Origin: Bacteroidota bacterium
Lineage (GTDB): Bacteria; Bacteroidota; Bacteroidia; Bacteroidales; VadinHA17
Assembly (NCBI GenBank): GCA_011049175.1
Contig: DSCJ01000100.1
Location: forward strand, 673-64,672
Reading direction: 5' to 3'
Length of the DNA stretch: 64,000 nucleotides
The notes below the pieces were generated by a model. That model was given only the letters and a program-made list of their open reading frames with translations. It had not been told where the DNA came from and did not search any database. Below are positions 25,199-34,860 of the stretch, piece by piece. The translations under genes were made by a program, and so were the position numbers. How positions within the stretch are numbered: the first letter of the stretch is position 1; the number at the start of each line of letters is the position of its first letter.

Positions 25199-27544
25199 CT
25201 AATTCAGATTATACGACAATCCGATCCGGATGCTGCGGCGGATCTGTGGATTATACACCAGATTTTCTTCCAGCAGGGTGGCATTCACACCTCCGTAGGC
25301 CTCGTCAAACAGATTGGTGACACGGATAAAGGCGCGGAGTTCGGGACTCAGGTTATACGAAGCCATCACATTCATGGCATAATATCCGTCCACATCCTTG
25401 AACAGCCGGCTGTACAATCCCTCGAAAGGGATGAGCAAACGAAGCCATTTGCTCATCCACTGGCTTTCCACATTCACATACAGGTTTTTGGCCGGATAGA
25501 AAGAAAGTTTGAGTTTCCCTTCATGCCGTGGCATCAGACGGAAATATTCCTCCACAATTTCTTCCACCTGAGGCAACCGGTCACGGCGTTCAAGCAACGA
25601 CAGGCTGATCTCCCCGTCCATCCTGATCGAAGGTACGATGTTTTTGTACCGGATGGTGGTTTGACTTCCGTACACATTCGACAGCGATTCCCGGCTGTTC
25701 ATCCAGATAAATACCGAATCGTTCGCGGCACGGGGAAGGGTAAACTGCGATGCCGGCCTCTTCTCAGGAATAATGTGATTGCTGATGCTGTAATAATAAA
25801 AGGTCTGGTGCAGTTCCAGCTTCTTCAGCAACCGGGTATGGATCCCCAGCTCCAGTGTATTGAATTTTTCGGGTTCCAGATGGCGGTTGGGCACCACCTT
25901 GTAATGGATCTGATCCGAAGCCACCGGAAAAGCCAGCGACTGAAAAGCAATGGAAGAAGGAGGTGATTTGTACGCCGTACCCGCCGATAACCTGAACGAA
26001 GCATGGCCCCCTGTTTTATACAAAACCGCCATCTGCGGACTGAAACGGTTGCCATACAGGGAATTTTTATCATATCGCAAACCGCCCAGAAACCGGAACC
26101 GGTTCAGCACGAAGTAATATTGAAGAAACCCTGACAGGTTGCTGTAACTGATGGGATTGAGTCCGAAAGAACCCAACAGGGTATCTCTTGATACCACCCG
26201 GGTACTGAAGGAAGAATAATCACTCCTGTCGAAGGGCGACATCAGATAATTGGTCACGGGCAGGTTCCCCGATTTCTGATAGGATAATCCCGCCACCAGT
26301 TCCAGGTTTGTTACCGGAACAACGGTAAAAGTTTGTTCGAAAAGAAAATCGTTCGAAGCAGAATACCGGTATACTTTGTCGGTGTTTTCCAGAAAGGTGA
26401 CACCCTGGCTGGAATTATTGTCCATACGGTATACCAGCCCCGATAACAGGGTATGGGTGGAAAAATAATCGAAGGCTTTGGTATAGCTCAGGGTGGTCCG
26501 CTGAATGGATTCGCCCCAGTAATTTTGCGGATTGTTGTACTTGTAGAATACGGGCGACAGGCCAATGGAACTGTGGGTACGGCGGTACATGTTATCATAC
26601 GAAAGGCGCACACCCCTGAATTCCATCTGTACCCCGATCATGTGCGAAGCGGCAGAAAGAGATTCCATATCGGGACGGTTGATGCTCCCTTCGTATTGCG
26701 GCCCGTACCAAACCTTTTTGAATTCCTCCGGATCCACCCCGTTTTCACTCAGCAGGGTTTCCGTAATTTCAAGAGGCTCGTATTCTTCCCCGCCGATCAG
26801 AAAGGTTTGTTTCCTCTGCTGATAATAATTCAGCGGATTATATACATTTTCCAGCCGGTACTGGATGTTCATGTCGTTGTATTCATATTTACTTCCGTAA
26901 AAGCTGTATTTGAGGATATTGTTGTTTTTCCCTCCTTTGCCGCCCAGAAAGAAATTGATATAATTGTACCCGTCGGGTCCCAGGCTGATATCGCCCCCTA
27001 CCATGGTTCCTTTATCGGCTTCCCGGGTAATGATGTTGATCACACCCTCTACCGCATCGGCTCCGTACATGGCCGAAGCCGTACCGTAAATCACCTCGAT
27101 CTTTTCCGCCTGCCTTACAGGCAACTGATTACCCACGGGCATACCCGATACCACAGAGGGTTTAATGGGAATTCCGTTGATCAGGATCTTGGTATACAGG
27201 TTTCCGGTCAGGCCCCTGATCTGAAAACTTTCACCCAGTTCGCCCGATCCGGGCTGGGAAGTTTTGACAGCCGGCAGGGAACTGAGCACATCCATAAGAC
27301 TGGTATACTGATTGCGAATAATTTCCTCATGAGAAACAATGTATACGGTAAGGGGAAGTTCTTCCAGATTGCGCGAGATACGGCCGGTTCGCACCATTTT
27401 CAATCGAGCCGAATCAGGAAGAAATACCAGATCGTCGGCGCCCAGTGCATGCGGTTTCACCGTTACGGGAACCGTATCGGTTTGAGCCGGAACATATCCG
27501 GCCACAACCATCCAGAGCATAACAGAAAACACCCTCCTCAGCAT
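25199..27544 (-). CDS. TonB-dependent outer-membrane receptor
   Basis: 781 aa with a signal peptide. The plug domain reads LPLTVYIVSHEEI..SLMDVLSSLPAV..IRGL..KILINGIP..IEVIYGTASAMYGADAVEGVINIIT. A long beta-barrel region follows. There is no N-terminal STN signalling extension. Confidence 0.85.
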   Translation of the reverse strand: MLRRVFSVMLWMVVAGYVPAQTDTVPVTVKPHALGADDLVFLPDSARLKMVRTGRISRNLEELPLTVYIVSHEEIIRNQYTSLMDVLSSLPAVKTSQPGSGELGESFQIRGLTGNLYTKILINGIPIKPSVVSGMPVGNQLPVRQAEKIEVIYGTASAMYGADAVEGVINIITREADKGTMVGGDISLGPDGYNYINFFLGGKGGKNNNILKYSFYGSKYEYNDMNIQYRLENVYNPLNYYQQRKQTFLIGGEEYEPLEITETLLSENGVDPEEFKKVWYGPQYEGSINRPDMESLSAASHMIGVQMEFRGVRLSYDNMYRRTHSSIGLSPVFYKYNNPQNYWGESIQRTTLSYTKAFDYFSTHTLLSGLVYRMDNNSSQGVTFLENTDKVYRYSASNDFLFEQTFTVVPVTNLELVAGLSYQKSGNLPVTNYLMSPFDRSDYSSFSTRVVSRDTLLGSFGLNPISYSNLSGFLQYYFVLNRFRFLGGLRYDKNSLYGNRFSPQMAVLYKTGGHASFRLSAGTAYKSPPSSIAFQSLAFPVASDQIHYKVVPNRHLEPEKFNTLELGIHTRLLKKLELHQTFYYYSISNHIIPEKRPASQFTLPRAANDSVFIWMNSRESLSNVYGSQTTIRYKNIVPSIRMDGEISLSLLERRDRLPQVEEIVEEYFRLMPRHEGKLKLSFYPAKNLYVNVESQWMSKWLRLLIPFEGLYSRLFKDVDGYYAMNVMASYNLSPELRAFIRVTNLFDEAYGGVNATLLEENLVYNPQIRRSIRIGLSYNLN

Positions 27545-27747
27545 CTGTCGAATCCTTTGATATTACTTTGTGCCCCTTCCTGCACGATATTACCGTTTTG
27601 GTTCGGCTTTCCGGCCAATGAACCGGCAGATAAAAGTAAGCATTCACCGGGAAGCCGACAAATTCCAGGATGCCAAAGCCCGAATCCCAATACAATAAGG
27701 TTTCCCGGTAAACCTTTCGCACGTCTGCACGGAGACCTCCGGAAAAT

Positions 27748-28053
27748 TCATTCACCCCACAATTCCGCAAACAACCTTTTTGCTTCCACCCAGTTTTCAC
27801 GGTTCAGGCAATACCTGATCCGCGGCGCTTCAATTTCCCCCTGTATCAACCCGGCATTTTTCAATTCTTTCAGATGCTGTGACAGGGTGGACCGGGCAAT
27901 GGGCAGTACTTCCGACAAATCACCGCTGTAACAGCACGACCGGTTCGACAGGTGCTTCAGAATGTAAACCCTTACCGGGTGCCCCATGGCCCGGGCAAAC
28001 CTGGCCAGCCGGGTTTGTTCCTGCGAGATCGCCGGTTCCTTGTTCTTATTCAT
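27748..28053 (-). CDS. ArsR/SmtB family metalloregulatory transcription factor
   Basis: 101 aa: FARAMGHPVRVYILKHLSNRSCCYSGDLSEVLPIARSTLSQHLKELKNAGLIQGE. It is a winged HTH with a Cys pair at the alpha-3 metal-site position. Confidence 0.9.
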   Translation of the reverse strand: MNKNKEPAISQEQTRLARFARAMGHPVRVYILKHLSNRSCCYSGDLSEVLPIARSTLSQHLKELKNAGLIQGEIEAPRIRYCLNRENWVEAKRLFAELWGE

Positions 28054-28126
28054 ATTTTTACCTGCTCCAACAAAAATAACAATTTAAATTTTATGGAACA
28101 TCTCTTTCATCATCTGGCTTCTGCGG

Positions 28127-28157
28127 TTTTGTTTTTTAAGGGAAAAATCTATTTTTG
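28127..28157 (+). promoter_or_regulatory. Bacteroidota-type promoter for the M16 peptidase operon (TTTG-N19-TATTTTTG)
   Basis: TTTG at 28127..28130, an exact 19-nt spacer, and TATTTTTG at 28150..28157 (8/8 match to TAnnTTTG). It lies 63 nt upstream of the ATG at 28220. Confidence 0.6.
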
Positions 28158-28219
28158 TAACGTTTTACGGTGTATACTTAATTCCCCGCACACCGTGCTT
28201 ACTAATTATCTGAAATGAT

Positions 28220-29554
28220 ATGACTGTAAAAAAATCATTGCTGTTGCTGGTTCTTGCCCTGGCAGGAATTCTCAGCGCCTTTCCACAGGATGTCAGGATT
28301 GAATTTGAAGAATATGACCTGCCCAACGGTCTGCATGTGATCCTGAGTCCCGACCATACCACCCCTATGGTGGCGGTAACTCTTATGTACCATGTTGGCA
28401 GCAAAAACGAAGATCCTGAAAGGACCGGTTTTGCCCATTTTTTTGAACATCTGATGTTTGAAGGAACCCGCAACATTCCCAGGGGCGAATATTCCAGGTT
28501 TGTGGAAAATGCGGGAGGAACCCTGAATGCCAGTACATCGAACGACAGGACATACTATTATGAGCTCCTTCCCTCCAATCAGCTTGCCCTGGGTCTGTGG
28601 CTGGAATCGGAAAGGATGCTTCACCTGAAAGTCGATTCAACCGGGATTGAAACCCAGCGAGGGGTGGTGAAAGAAGAAAAGAAGCAAACCATGGATAACA
28701 CTCCGTACGGAACTTTCCTTTATGAAATGATGCGCCGGGCATTCACACGGTCTCCCTACCGCTGGGTGGTGATCGGATCGGTGGAACACCTGAATGCCGC
28801 TACCTACGATGAATTCCGTAAATTTTATGAAACCTATTACGTACCCAACAATGCTGTGCTGACCCTGGTGGGGGATTTTGAACCCGACAGCGCCAGAATC
28901 CTCATTGAACAATATTTCGGCAATATTCCCCGGGGCGAATACCCCATTGAAAGGCCCGATATGTCAGAGCCTCAACAAACAGAAGAGATCAGGGACACGA
29001 TATACGACAATATCCAGCTTCCCGCCATTTTCCAGGGATATCATATCCCCGCCTCCGGCTCACACGATGCCTATGCTGTTGAAATGATGAACCAGTTGCT
29101 TTCATCGGGGCAGAGCTCACGGTTGTACAAATCGATCGTCGACCAAAAACAACTGGCGCTTCAAATTGCCGCCATTCCCCTTCCCTTTGAAGGGCCGGGC
29201 CTGTCAATCATTCTGGCAATACCCAATATGGGGGTAGATCCCGCTGAACTGGAACAAGCGATTGATGAAGAAATAAACCGCCTGAAAACCGAATTGATCA
29301 CGGAACGCGAATATGAAAAGCTGAGGAACCAGATCGAAAACAACATGGTAAGCAGCAATGCCACCATGGCCAGCCGGGCCCATAATCTGGCGACCTATTA
29401 CACCTATTACGGAAACACAGGGCTGATCAATACTGAAATCGAAAAATACATGGCCGTTTCCCGGGAAGATATCCGCAGGGTGGCACAGGAATACTTTAAC
29501 CCTGAAAACAGGGTAGTATTGTATTACCTGCCCGGGAAAAAAGAAAACCAGTAA
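28220..29554 (+). CDS. M16 (insulinase/pitrilysin) family zinc peptidase, active subunit
   Basis: Signal peptide plus the inverted zinc motif HFFEHLMFEG (HxxEH) and a downstream E in the ..ERMLHL.. region. 444 aa. Confidence 0.9.
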   Translation: MTVKKSLLLLVLALAGILSAFPQDVRIEFEEYDLPNGLHVILSPDHTTPMVAVTLMYHVGSKNEDPERTGFAHFFEHLMFEGTRNIPRGEYSRFVENAGGTLNASTSNDRTYYYELLPSNQLALGLWLESERMLHLKVDSTGIETQRGVVKEEKKQTMDNTPYGTFLYEMMRRAFTRSPYRWVVIGSVEHLNAATYDEFRKFYETYYVPNNAVLTLVGDFEPDSARILIEQYFGNIPRGEYPIERPDMSEPQQTEEIRDTIYDNIQLPAIFQGYHIPASGSHDAYAVEMMNQLLSSGQSSRLYKSIVDQKQLALQIAAIPLPFEGPGLSIILAIPNMGVDPAELEQAIDEEINRLKTELITEREYEKLRNQIENNMVSSNATMASRAHNLATYYTYYGNTGLINTEIEKYMAVSREDIRRVAQEYFNPENRVVLYYLPGKKENQ

Positions 29555-29579
29555 AACCCGTCAATTATTCAAACCTGAA

Positions 29580-31649
29580 ATGAAAAAATATTCTCTCATT
29601 CTTCTTGCATTCATCCTGGCTCATAGCACAGTATTGCCCCAGGTGGCAGACAGGAGCCGTCCTCCCGAACCGGGCCCTCCACCCCGCATTCAACTGGGAA
29701 CTCATGAATTTTTTACGCTGGAAAACGGCCTCCGGGTCATTGTGGTGGAAAACCACAGCCTGCCCAGGGTGTCATTCCGTATCACACTGGATATTGATCC
29801 CGTTCCGGAAGGTGAAAAAGCCGGTTATACCAGTGTGGCCGGTGAATTACTGAGAGCAGGAACCGCCCGGCACAGCAAAGAGGAACTGGACGAAAACATC
29901 GATTTTATTGGAGCCAGCCTGTCCACCTCTGCCACAGGTATTTCCGCCTCCTGCCTTTCCAGGCATACGGAAACGCTCCTCTCCCTGATGTCAGAGATAC
30001 TTCTTCATCCGGTATTCCCCGAAGATGAACTGGAAAAAACACGGAAGCAGCTTCTTTCCGCCCTTCAATCCACCCGCGACGACCCCGGTACCATGGCTGA
30101 AAATGTTGCCAAAGTATTGCGTTACGGGCCTGACAATCCCTACGGTGAACTCATGACCGAAGAAACGGTCAGCCGGATCACCCGGAACGACCTGGTTCAA
30201 TACTACCAGACCTATTTCAGACCCAACGCGGCATACCTGATTGTTGTGGGAGATATCGATTCAGAAAACGCCCATAAACTGGCTGAAAAATATTTCGGGA
30301 GCTGGGAACCGGGAGAGGTGCCTGAGCACAAACATGAATTTCCCCCTGCTCCAGGAACCAACCGGGTGGCTTTCGTTGACAAAGCCGGAGCCGTACAATC
30401 GGTCATACAGGTAACTTATCCGGTAAAACTGTCTCCGGGCCACCCCGATGCCATTCCGGCCGCCGTTGCCAACAGCATACTGGGCGGGGGGGTTTTCTCC
30501 GGCAGGCTGATGCAGAACCTTCGTGAAACCCATGCCTACACCTACGGCGCCCGTTCCACCCTCAACACTGATAAACTGATGGGATACTTTTCCGCCAGCA
30601 CCTCGGTAAGGAATTCGGTAACCGACAGCGCCCTCGTGGAAATACTGAAGGAAATGGAAAGAATGCGTACCGAACCAGTGGATGACGGGCATTTGCAACT
30701 GGTGAAAAATGTCATGAGCGGAAGCTTTGCCCGTTCGCTGGAAGACCCGCAGACCGTTGCCCGGTTTGCCCTGAATACCCGGCTGTACAACCTTCCGGAA
30801 AACTATTACAGCACCTATCTGGAAAAACTGGAAGCTGTAACACCTGAACAGGTACAGGAAATGTCACGTAAATATATCCTGCCGCACAACGCTTACCTGG
30901 TGGTAGCGGGAAACCGCGGTGAAGTGGCCGGAAAACTTGAAAAACTGGCAGGAAACGGAATGGTAGAGTTTTACGATGCCTTCGGAAAGCCCGCAGAAGC
31001 ATCCGGTGAACTCCCGGAAGGCCTCACAGCATGGGATGTAATCGACCGGTACGTTGAGGCAGTGGGTGGAGCCGAAAGGCTGGACCAGATAAAAAACCTC
31101 ACCATTCACATGTCGGCCGAGGTGCAGGGTATGACCATCGAAGCGGTAAGCTATCAGAAAGCCCCCAACCTGTACGCCATGTCAATGAGTATGAACGGCG
31201 CCCCCCTGATGAAACAGGTTTTCGACGGGAAGCGGGGAGCAGTGGTGGCCATGCAGCAGGTACAGGAACTGCAGGGAGACGCCCTGGCACAAATGAAAGC
31301 TCAGGCTGTGATGAACCCCGAACTCCGTTACCATGAACTGGGCTATACGGCAGAACTTACCGGTATGGAAAAAGTGAACGGAAAAGAGACCTACACGGTA
31401 AAGATAACCAACCCCCTGGGACTCGAAACCATAGATTATTTCTCGGTGGAAACCGGATACCGGCTTCGGAGGGTGACCATCGTGGGCGAAAATTCACAGG
31501 TAAACGACTACGGTAACTACCGGGAAGTAAACGGAGTGGTGTATCCTTTTGAAATGACCACCAGCCTGGGGCAGCAAACCCTGGTCATGAAAGTACAGGA
31601 AGTTGATAACCGGTCGGAAATCGACCAGGGGGTATTTGCCATTGACTGA
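29580..31649 (+). CDS. M16 family peptidase-like protein (no HxxEH) with C-terminal LolA-like extension
   Basis: 689 aa. It has the M16 two-domain core but no HxxEH motif, so it is a non-catalytic partner. The last ~209 aa (about 31020..31646) align by eye with the free-standing protein at 35804..36520. Confidence 0.8.
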   Translation: MKKYSLILLAFILAHSTVLPQVADRSRPPEPGPPPRIQLGTHEFFTLENGLRVIVVENHSLPRVSFRITLDIDPVPEGEKAGYTSVAGELLRAGTARHSKEELDENIDFIGASLSTSATGISASCLSRHTETLLSLMSEILLHPVFPEDELEKTRKQLLSALQSTRDDPGTMAENVAKVLRYGPDNPYGELMTEETVSRITRNDLVQYYQTYFRPNAAYLIVVGDIDSENAHKLAEKYFGSWEPGEVPEHKHEFPPAPGTNRVAFVDKAGAVQSVIQVTYPVKLSPGHPDAIPAAVANSILGGGVFSGRLMQNLRETHAYTYGARSTLNTDKLMGYFSASTSVRNSVTDSALVEILKEMERMRTEPVDDGHLQLVKNVMSGSFARSLEDPQTVARFALNTRLYNLPENYYSTYLEKLEAVTPEQVQEMSRKYILPHNAYLVVAGNRGEVAGKLEKLAGNGMVEFYDAFGKPAEASGELPEGLTAWDVIDRYVEAVGGAERLDQIKNLTIHMSAEVQGMTIEAVSYQKAPNLYAMSMSMNGAPLMKQVFDGKRGAVVAMQQVQELQGDALAQMKAQAVMNPELRYHELGYTAELTGMEKVNGKETYTVKITNPLGLETIDYFSVETGYRLRRVTIVGENSQVNDYGNYREVNGVVYPFEMTTSLGQQTLVMKVQEVDNRSEIDQGVFAID

Positions 31650-32428
31650 TGCAGGAAAACAAACTTTGTCTTCACACTCCATTCACTGTCACATCGGCTG
31701 ACACCGACATGTATGGCAGAATCAGGCTGAGCGCCCTGCTGAACTTTCTGATCCAGTCGGCCATCCAGTCGGCCGACAACCTGGGTTTCGGATTCGGCCA
31801 TCTGAAAAAGCAGCAGTTATTCTGGGTGCTCAGCCGCATGAACCTGGAGATGATCCGGCCTCTGACCTGGTACGAAACGGTGGAGGTGGAAACCTGGCCG
31901 AAAGATGTTGAAAAGATACTCTATATCAGAGATTTCCTGATTCGTGACCGGAACGGGAAGATCGTGGCCCGGGCCACCTCGGGCTGGCTGGCCATTGACA
32001 CCGAAACCAAACGCCCCGGGCTGTACCGGGGATTCGAAGCCGAATCCCTCACCCGGCTGAAAAACAAGCATGCACTGGAAGAGTTTCCTCAGAAGATGCC
32101 CCCTGTGGAAAAAGGAGAAGAATTCCATATACAGCCGGCTTATTTTGATATGGACCTGAACCGGCATGTCACTTCCACCCGGTATATCGACTGGATGATG
32201 GACACCTTTCCGGTAGATTTTCACCGCGATCACTACCCCATTCTTCTGAAAGTCAATTACCTCAAAGAAACCAGACCGGGCATGGAAATGGTGATGCTGC
32301 GCACCCGCTACGAAAAAGATGCCTATGGATTCCAGGGCAACCATCTGCCCGGCATGTCACCTTCGGTTAGGGGACAACTGGTGTTCGCTGAAAACAGGTA
32401 TTCACCCGGCGATCAGTTCTCTCACTGA
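31649..32428 (+). CDS. Acyl-ACP thioesterase
   Basis: 259 aa: FTVTSADTDMYGRIRLSALLNFLIQSAIQSADNLGFG...LFWVLSRMNLEMIRP..W.ETVEVETWP. This is the double hot-dog FatA/FatB-type pattern. The start overlaps the upstream stop (TGATG at 31647..31651). Confidence 0.8.
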   Translation: MQENKLCLHTPFTVTSADTDMYGRIRLSALLNFLIQSAIQSADNLGFGFGHLKKQQLFWVLSRMNLEMIRPLTWYETVEVETWPKDVEKILYIRDFLIRDRNGKIVARATSGWLAIDTETKRPGLYRGFEAESLTRLKNKHALEEFPQKMPPVEKGEEFHIQPAYFDMDLNRHVTSTRYIDWMMDTFPVDFHRDHYPILLKVNYLKETRPGMEMVMLRTRYEKDAYGFQGNHLPGMSPSVRGQLVFAENRYSPGDQFSH

Positions 32429-32507
32429 TAGAAAGAGTAAATGGAATTTTGGTGTGGCTTTTTGAATGCTTGGCCGGGTTCATTATTTTTATGCAAAAAA
32501 AAAATCA

Positions 32508-33323
32508 ATGAACCATCATGTAAAAGGCCGGATCGCAGCTTTTCTTGCGGGACTTTCCGCATTACTTACCCTGTATGCCTCCCTCAGAGGGATACTGAAT
32601 CAGAAGCTGTATACCGATGTGGCAGAAGCCGGCACCATTTCATCCTTCCTTGTTACAGGTTCACTGGCCCAGGATATCATTCTGGTGCCCACCGCCCTGC
32701 TCTTGCTGGTCCTGACCATCCGTTTCCTCGGAAAGCCGTCGCTGAAAATTCTGATCCTGAACCTGGGCCTGATCAGTTTTATTTTTTACGGTTACGGCCT
32801 GTATGTGATCCAGGGTCAGTACACCGACCTGTATGTTATGTACCTCGCCATATTCGGGCTCTCACTGTATACCATGATATACGGGCTCCTGGCAGTTCGC
32901 TGGGATGAAGCTTCCTCCACCTCCCTGACCAAACCCCTCAGGGCATCCCTGGCCGCTTTTCTTCTGCTCATCCCGCTGGTTCTGATACCGGTATGGCTAA
33001 CGCTGATCTTCCCCGATATCCTTGCTCATACCCCTTCCGATACCTATGCCGTATTCATACTCGACCTGTGCATTGTTTTTCCCGCCCTGGTCATCATTGC
33101 CTGGTTGCTGTTCGCCAACCGGCCGGCAGGAAACATTCTCGGAGGTGTAGCCATTATCAAGGCATTTACCATATGCCTGTCAGTGGCCTTCGGTGAATGG
33201 TTCCAGGGTTTTGCCGGCAACCTGCCCCTCAATACGGGCATGTTAGCCATTTTTCTGCCCCTCACACTCGTCAGCCTGGCCCTGGTGATATGGTATTTCA
33301 GCCAGTTGAAGATCACTCCCTGA
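32508..33323 (+). CDS. Polytopic membrane protein (about 8 TM), unknown function
   Basis: Hydrophobic segments run throughout and I recognise no motif. The Met at 32508 is preferred; it is preceded by an A10 run (32495..32504). Confidence 0.6.
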   Translation: MNHHVKGRIAAFLAGLSALLTLYASLRGILNQKLYTDVAEAGTISSFLVTGSLAQDIILVPTALLLLVLTIRFLGKPSLKILILNLGLISFIFYGYGLYVIQGQYTDLYVMYLAIFGLSLYTMIYGLLAVRWDEASSTSLTKPLRASLAAFLLLIPLVLIPVWLTLIFPDILAHTPSDTYAVFILDLCIVFPALVIIAWLLFANRPAGNILGGVAIIKAFTICLSVAFGEWFQGFAGNLPLNTGMLAIFLPLTLVSLALVIWYFSQLKITP

Positions 33324-33427
33324 TACCAGGAAAATGTTTTACACATAAGTAAGAATATATCAACAAACCTGACCGTTTATTAGTCATTTTTATCTATTTT
33401 CGTTTCTTTAATAATCATAACCCCGCC

Positions 33428-34186
33428 ATGAAAAATTATTTACTAATTACCGGCATGTTCCTGTTGCTGGCCGGTCTGACAGAACAACATGCCCTTTCCC
33501 AGGGTGTATTACGCAAACTCAGGGAAAAAGCCCAGGATGAGATTATCAAAAAAGCGCTGGGTGAAGAAGAAGGTGAAACCCCTCCTGCTCAGGATCCTTC
33601 CCGACCGGGAATGAGCAATACCCAGGGAGGAGGCCTTAGTACGGAGATTCCCGACGTGGACGAGAACATCAGGCTGGCACAAACGGCTTACGGTTCAAAG
33701 AACTACCGGGATGCTCGCTACTCTGCCAGGCAGGCTCTGCTGGGTGTGGAGATGACCATGGGTCACCGGGTGCTGGAAAACCTTCCGCAAAGTATTAGCG
33801 GTCTTCAGGCTGTTACCGAAGAAGACCAGGTGGCCAGTACCGGAGTTACCCTCACAGGACTGATCATTGAAAGGGTTTACCGGAGCAACGATCAGGAACT
33901 TCGCATCACCCTAGGTAATAACTCGGTCCTGCTTTCGGCAACCGGTATGTACCTGGCCTCGGGGAATGTTACCACCACCGAAGAAGGGCAGAAAATCATT
34001 CAGTTCCAGGGACACCGGGCAGTTATCGAATATGACGATCATACGGGTTATACCCTCAGTGTTCCGTTCGGCCAGTCGTCTATCATGGTGGTGAACGGTG
34101 TGAACTTTGCCAGTGAGGAAGCCATGATGAATGCTGCAGGAAAATTCGATATCAATAACATGAAAAAACAACTGGGAGAACAATGA
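33428..34186 (+). CDS. Secreted protein of unknown function (paralogue A)
   Basis: Signal peptide MKNYLLITGMFLLLAGLTEQHALSQ. The body is homologous by eye to the next gene (ARYSARQALLGVEMTMG..LP.S..G..EED..G...GL...R.Y..). Confidence 0.7.
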   Translation: MKNYLLITGMFLLLAGLTEQHALSQGVLRKLREKAQDEIIKKALGEEEGETPPAQDPSRPGMSNTQGGGLSTEIPDVDENIRLAQTAYGSKNYRDARYSARQALLGVEMTMGHRVLENLPQSISGLQAVTEEDQVASTGVTLTGLIIERVYRSNDQELRITLGNNSVLLSATGMYLASGNVTTTEEGQKIIQFQGHRAVIEYDDHTGYTLSVPFGQSSIMVVNGVNFASEEAMMNAAGKFDINNMKKQLGEQ

Positions 34187-34788
34187 AAACCTTAACCTGT
34201 ATTTTCAGCTTCGTGCTGCTGTCGGCTGCATCCTTCACTGGAAAAGCTCAGGATGTTCCGGCAAAACTAAACGAAGCGCTGGCGGCCTGGGAGGCAGGTC
34301 AGCTTGAAAACGCGCGTTATGCGCTGGAAGAAGCCCTAAACGGTATCAATCACACCATCGGCAAAGAAATACTCGATCTGCTGCCAACATCCATGGGAGA
34401 TATGGCCATGGTGGCGGAAGAAGATGACGCTACAGGCACATCTATGGGAATAGCCGGATTATTTGTTCAAAGGAATTACCGGAACGGGGAGAAAAATGCC
34501 TCGGTGGAGATTGTAAGCGACTCCCCCCTGCTATCAGGTATCAATACCATTCTTTCCATGCCGGTGATCATGCAGAACGATCCCAACCAGAAACGAATCA
34601 GGCTGGGCAATTACAAGGCCCTTATGACCAGAACCACCGACGATACCGGAAAAGTAAGCTGGGATATTCAAATGCCCTTCGGTTCGTCTCTGCTTACCTT
34701 CCGGTGCTCAGGCATTGAGGATGAAGCCACCGTAACCGGCCTGGCCAATACCCTTCAGGTGGAAAAGATCGTGGCTGCCGCACAGTAG
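34183..34788 (+). CDS. Secreted protein of unknown function (paralogue B)
   Basis: ATGA overlap with paralogue A at 34183..34186. It has a signal peptide, then ARYALEEALNGINHTIGKEILDLLPTSMGDMAMVAEEDD..GIAGLFVQRNYRNGEK.., collinear with paralogue A. Confidence 0.7.
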   Translation: MKTLTCIFSFVLLSAASFTGKAQDVPAKLNEALAAWEAGQLENARYALEEALNGINHTIGKEILDLLPTSMGDMAMVAEEDDATGTSMGIAGLFVQRNYRNGEKNASVEIVSDSPLLSGINTILSMPVIMQNDPNQKRIRLGNYKALMTRTTDDTGKVSWDIQMPFGSSLLTFRCSGIEDEATVTGLANTLQVEKIVAAAQ

Positions 34789-34860
34789 GAAAAGAGCCGG
34801 GTACAGGAAGTCAGGCAGTACGCTAATTATTCGTATCTTGGCAGGCAAAAGCATGTGGGC

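Noticed and set aside
27545-27747. A possible riboswitch (for example cobalamin) in the 203-nt region upstream of the TonB-dependent receptor.
   Set aside because: I reverse-complemented the region and looked for the B12 box (GCCACTG context, AGCCAGGAGACCTGCC-like) and for GGGAA/GGTGAAA-TCC blocks in order. Only isolated short matches are present (GGGAA, GGTGAATGC). Without a covariance-model search I cannot support a riboswitch call.
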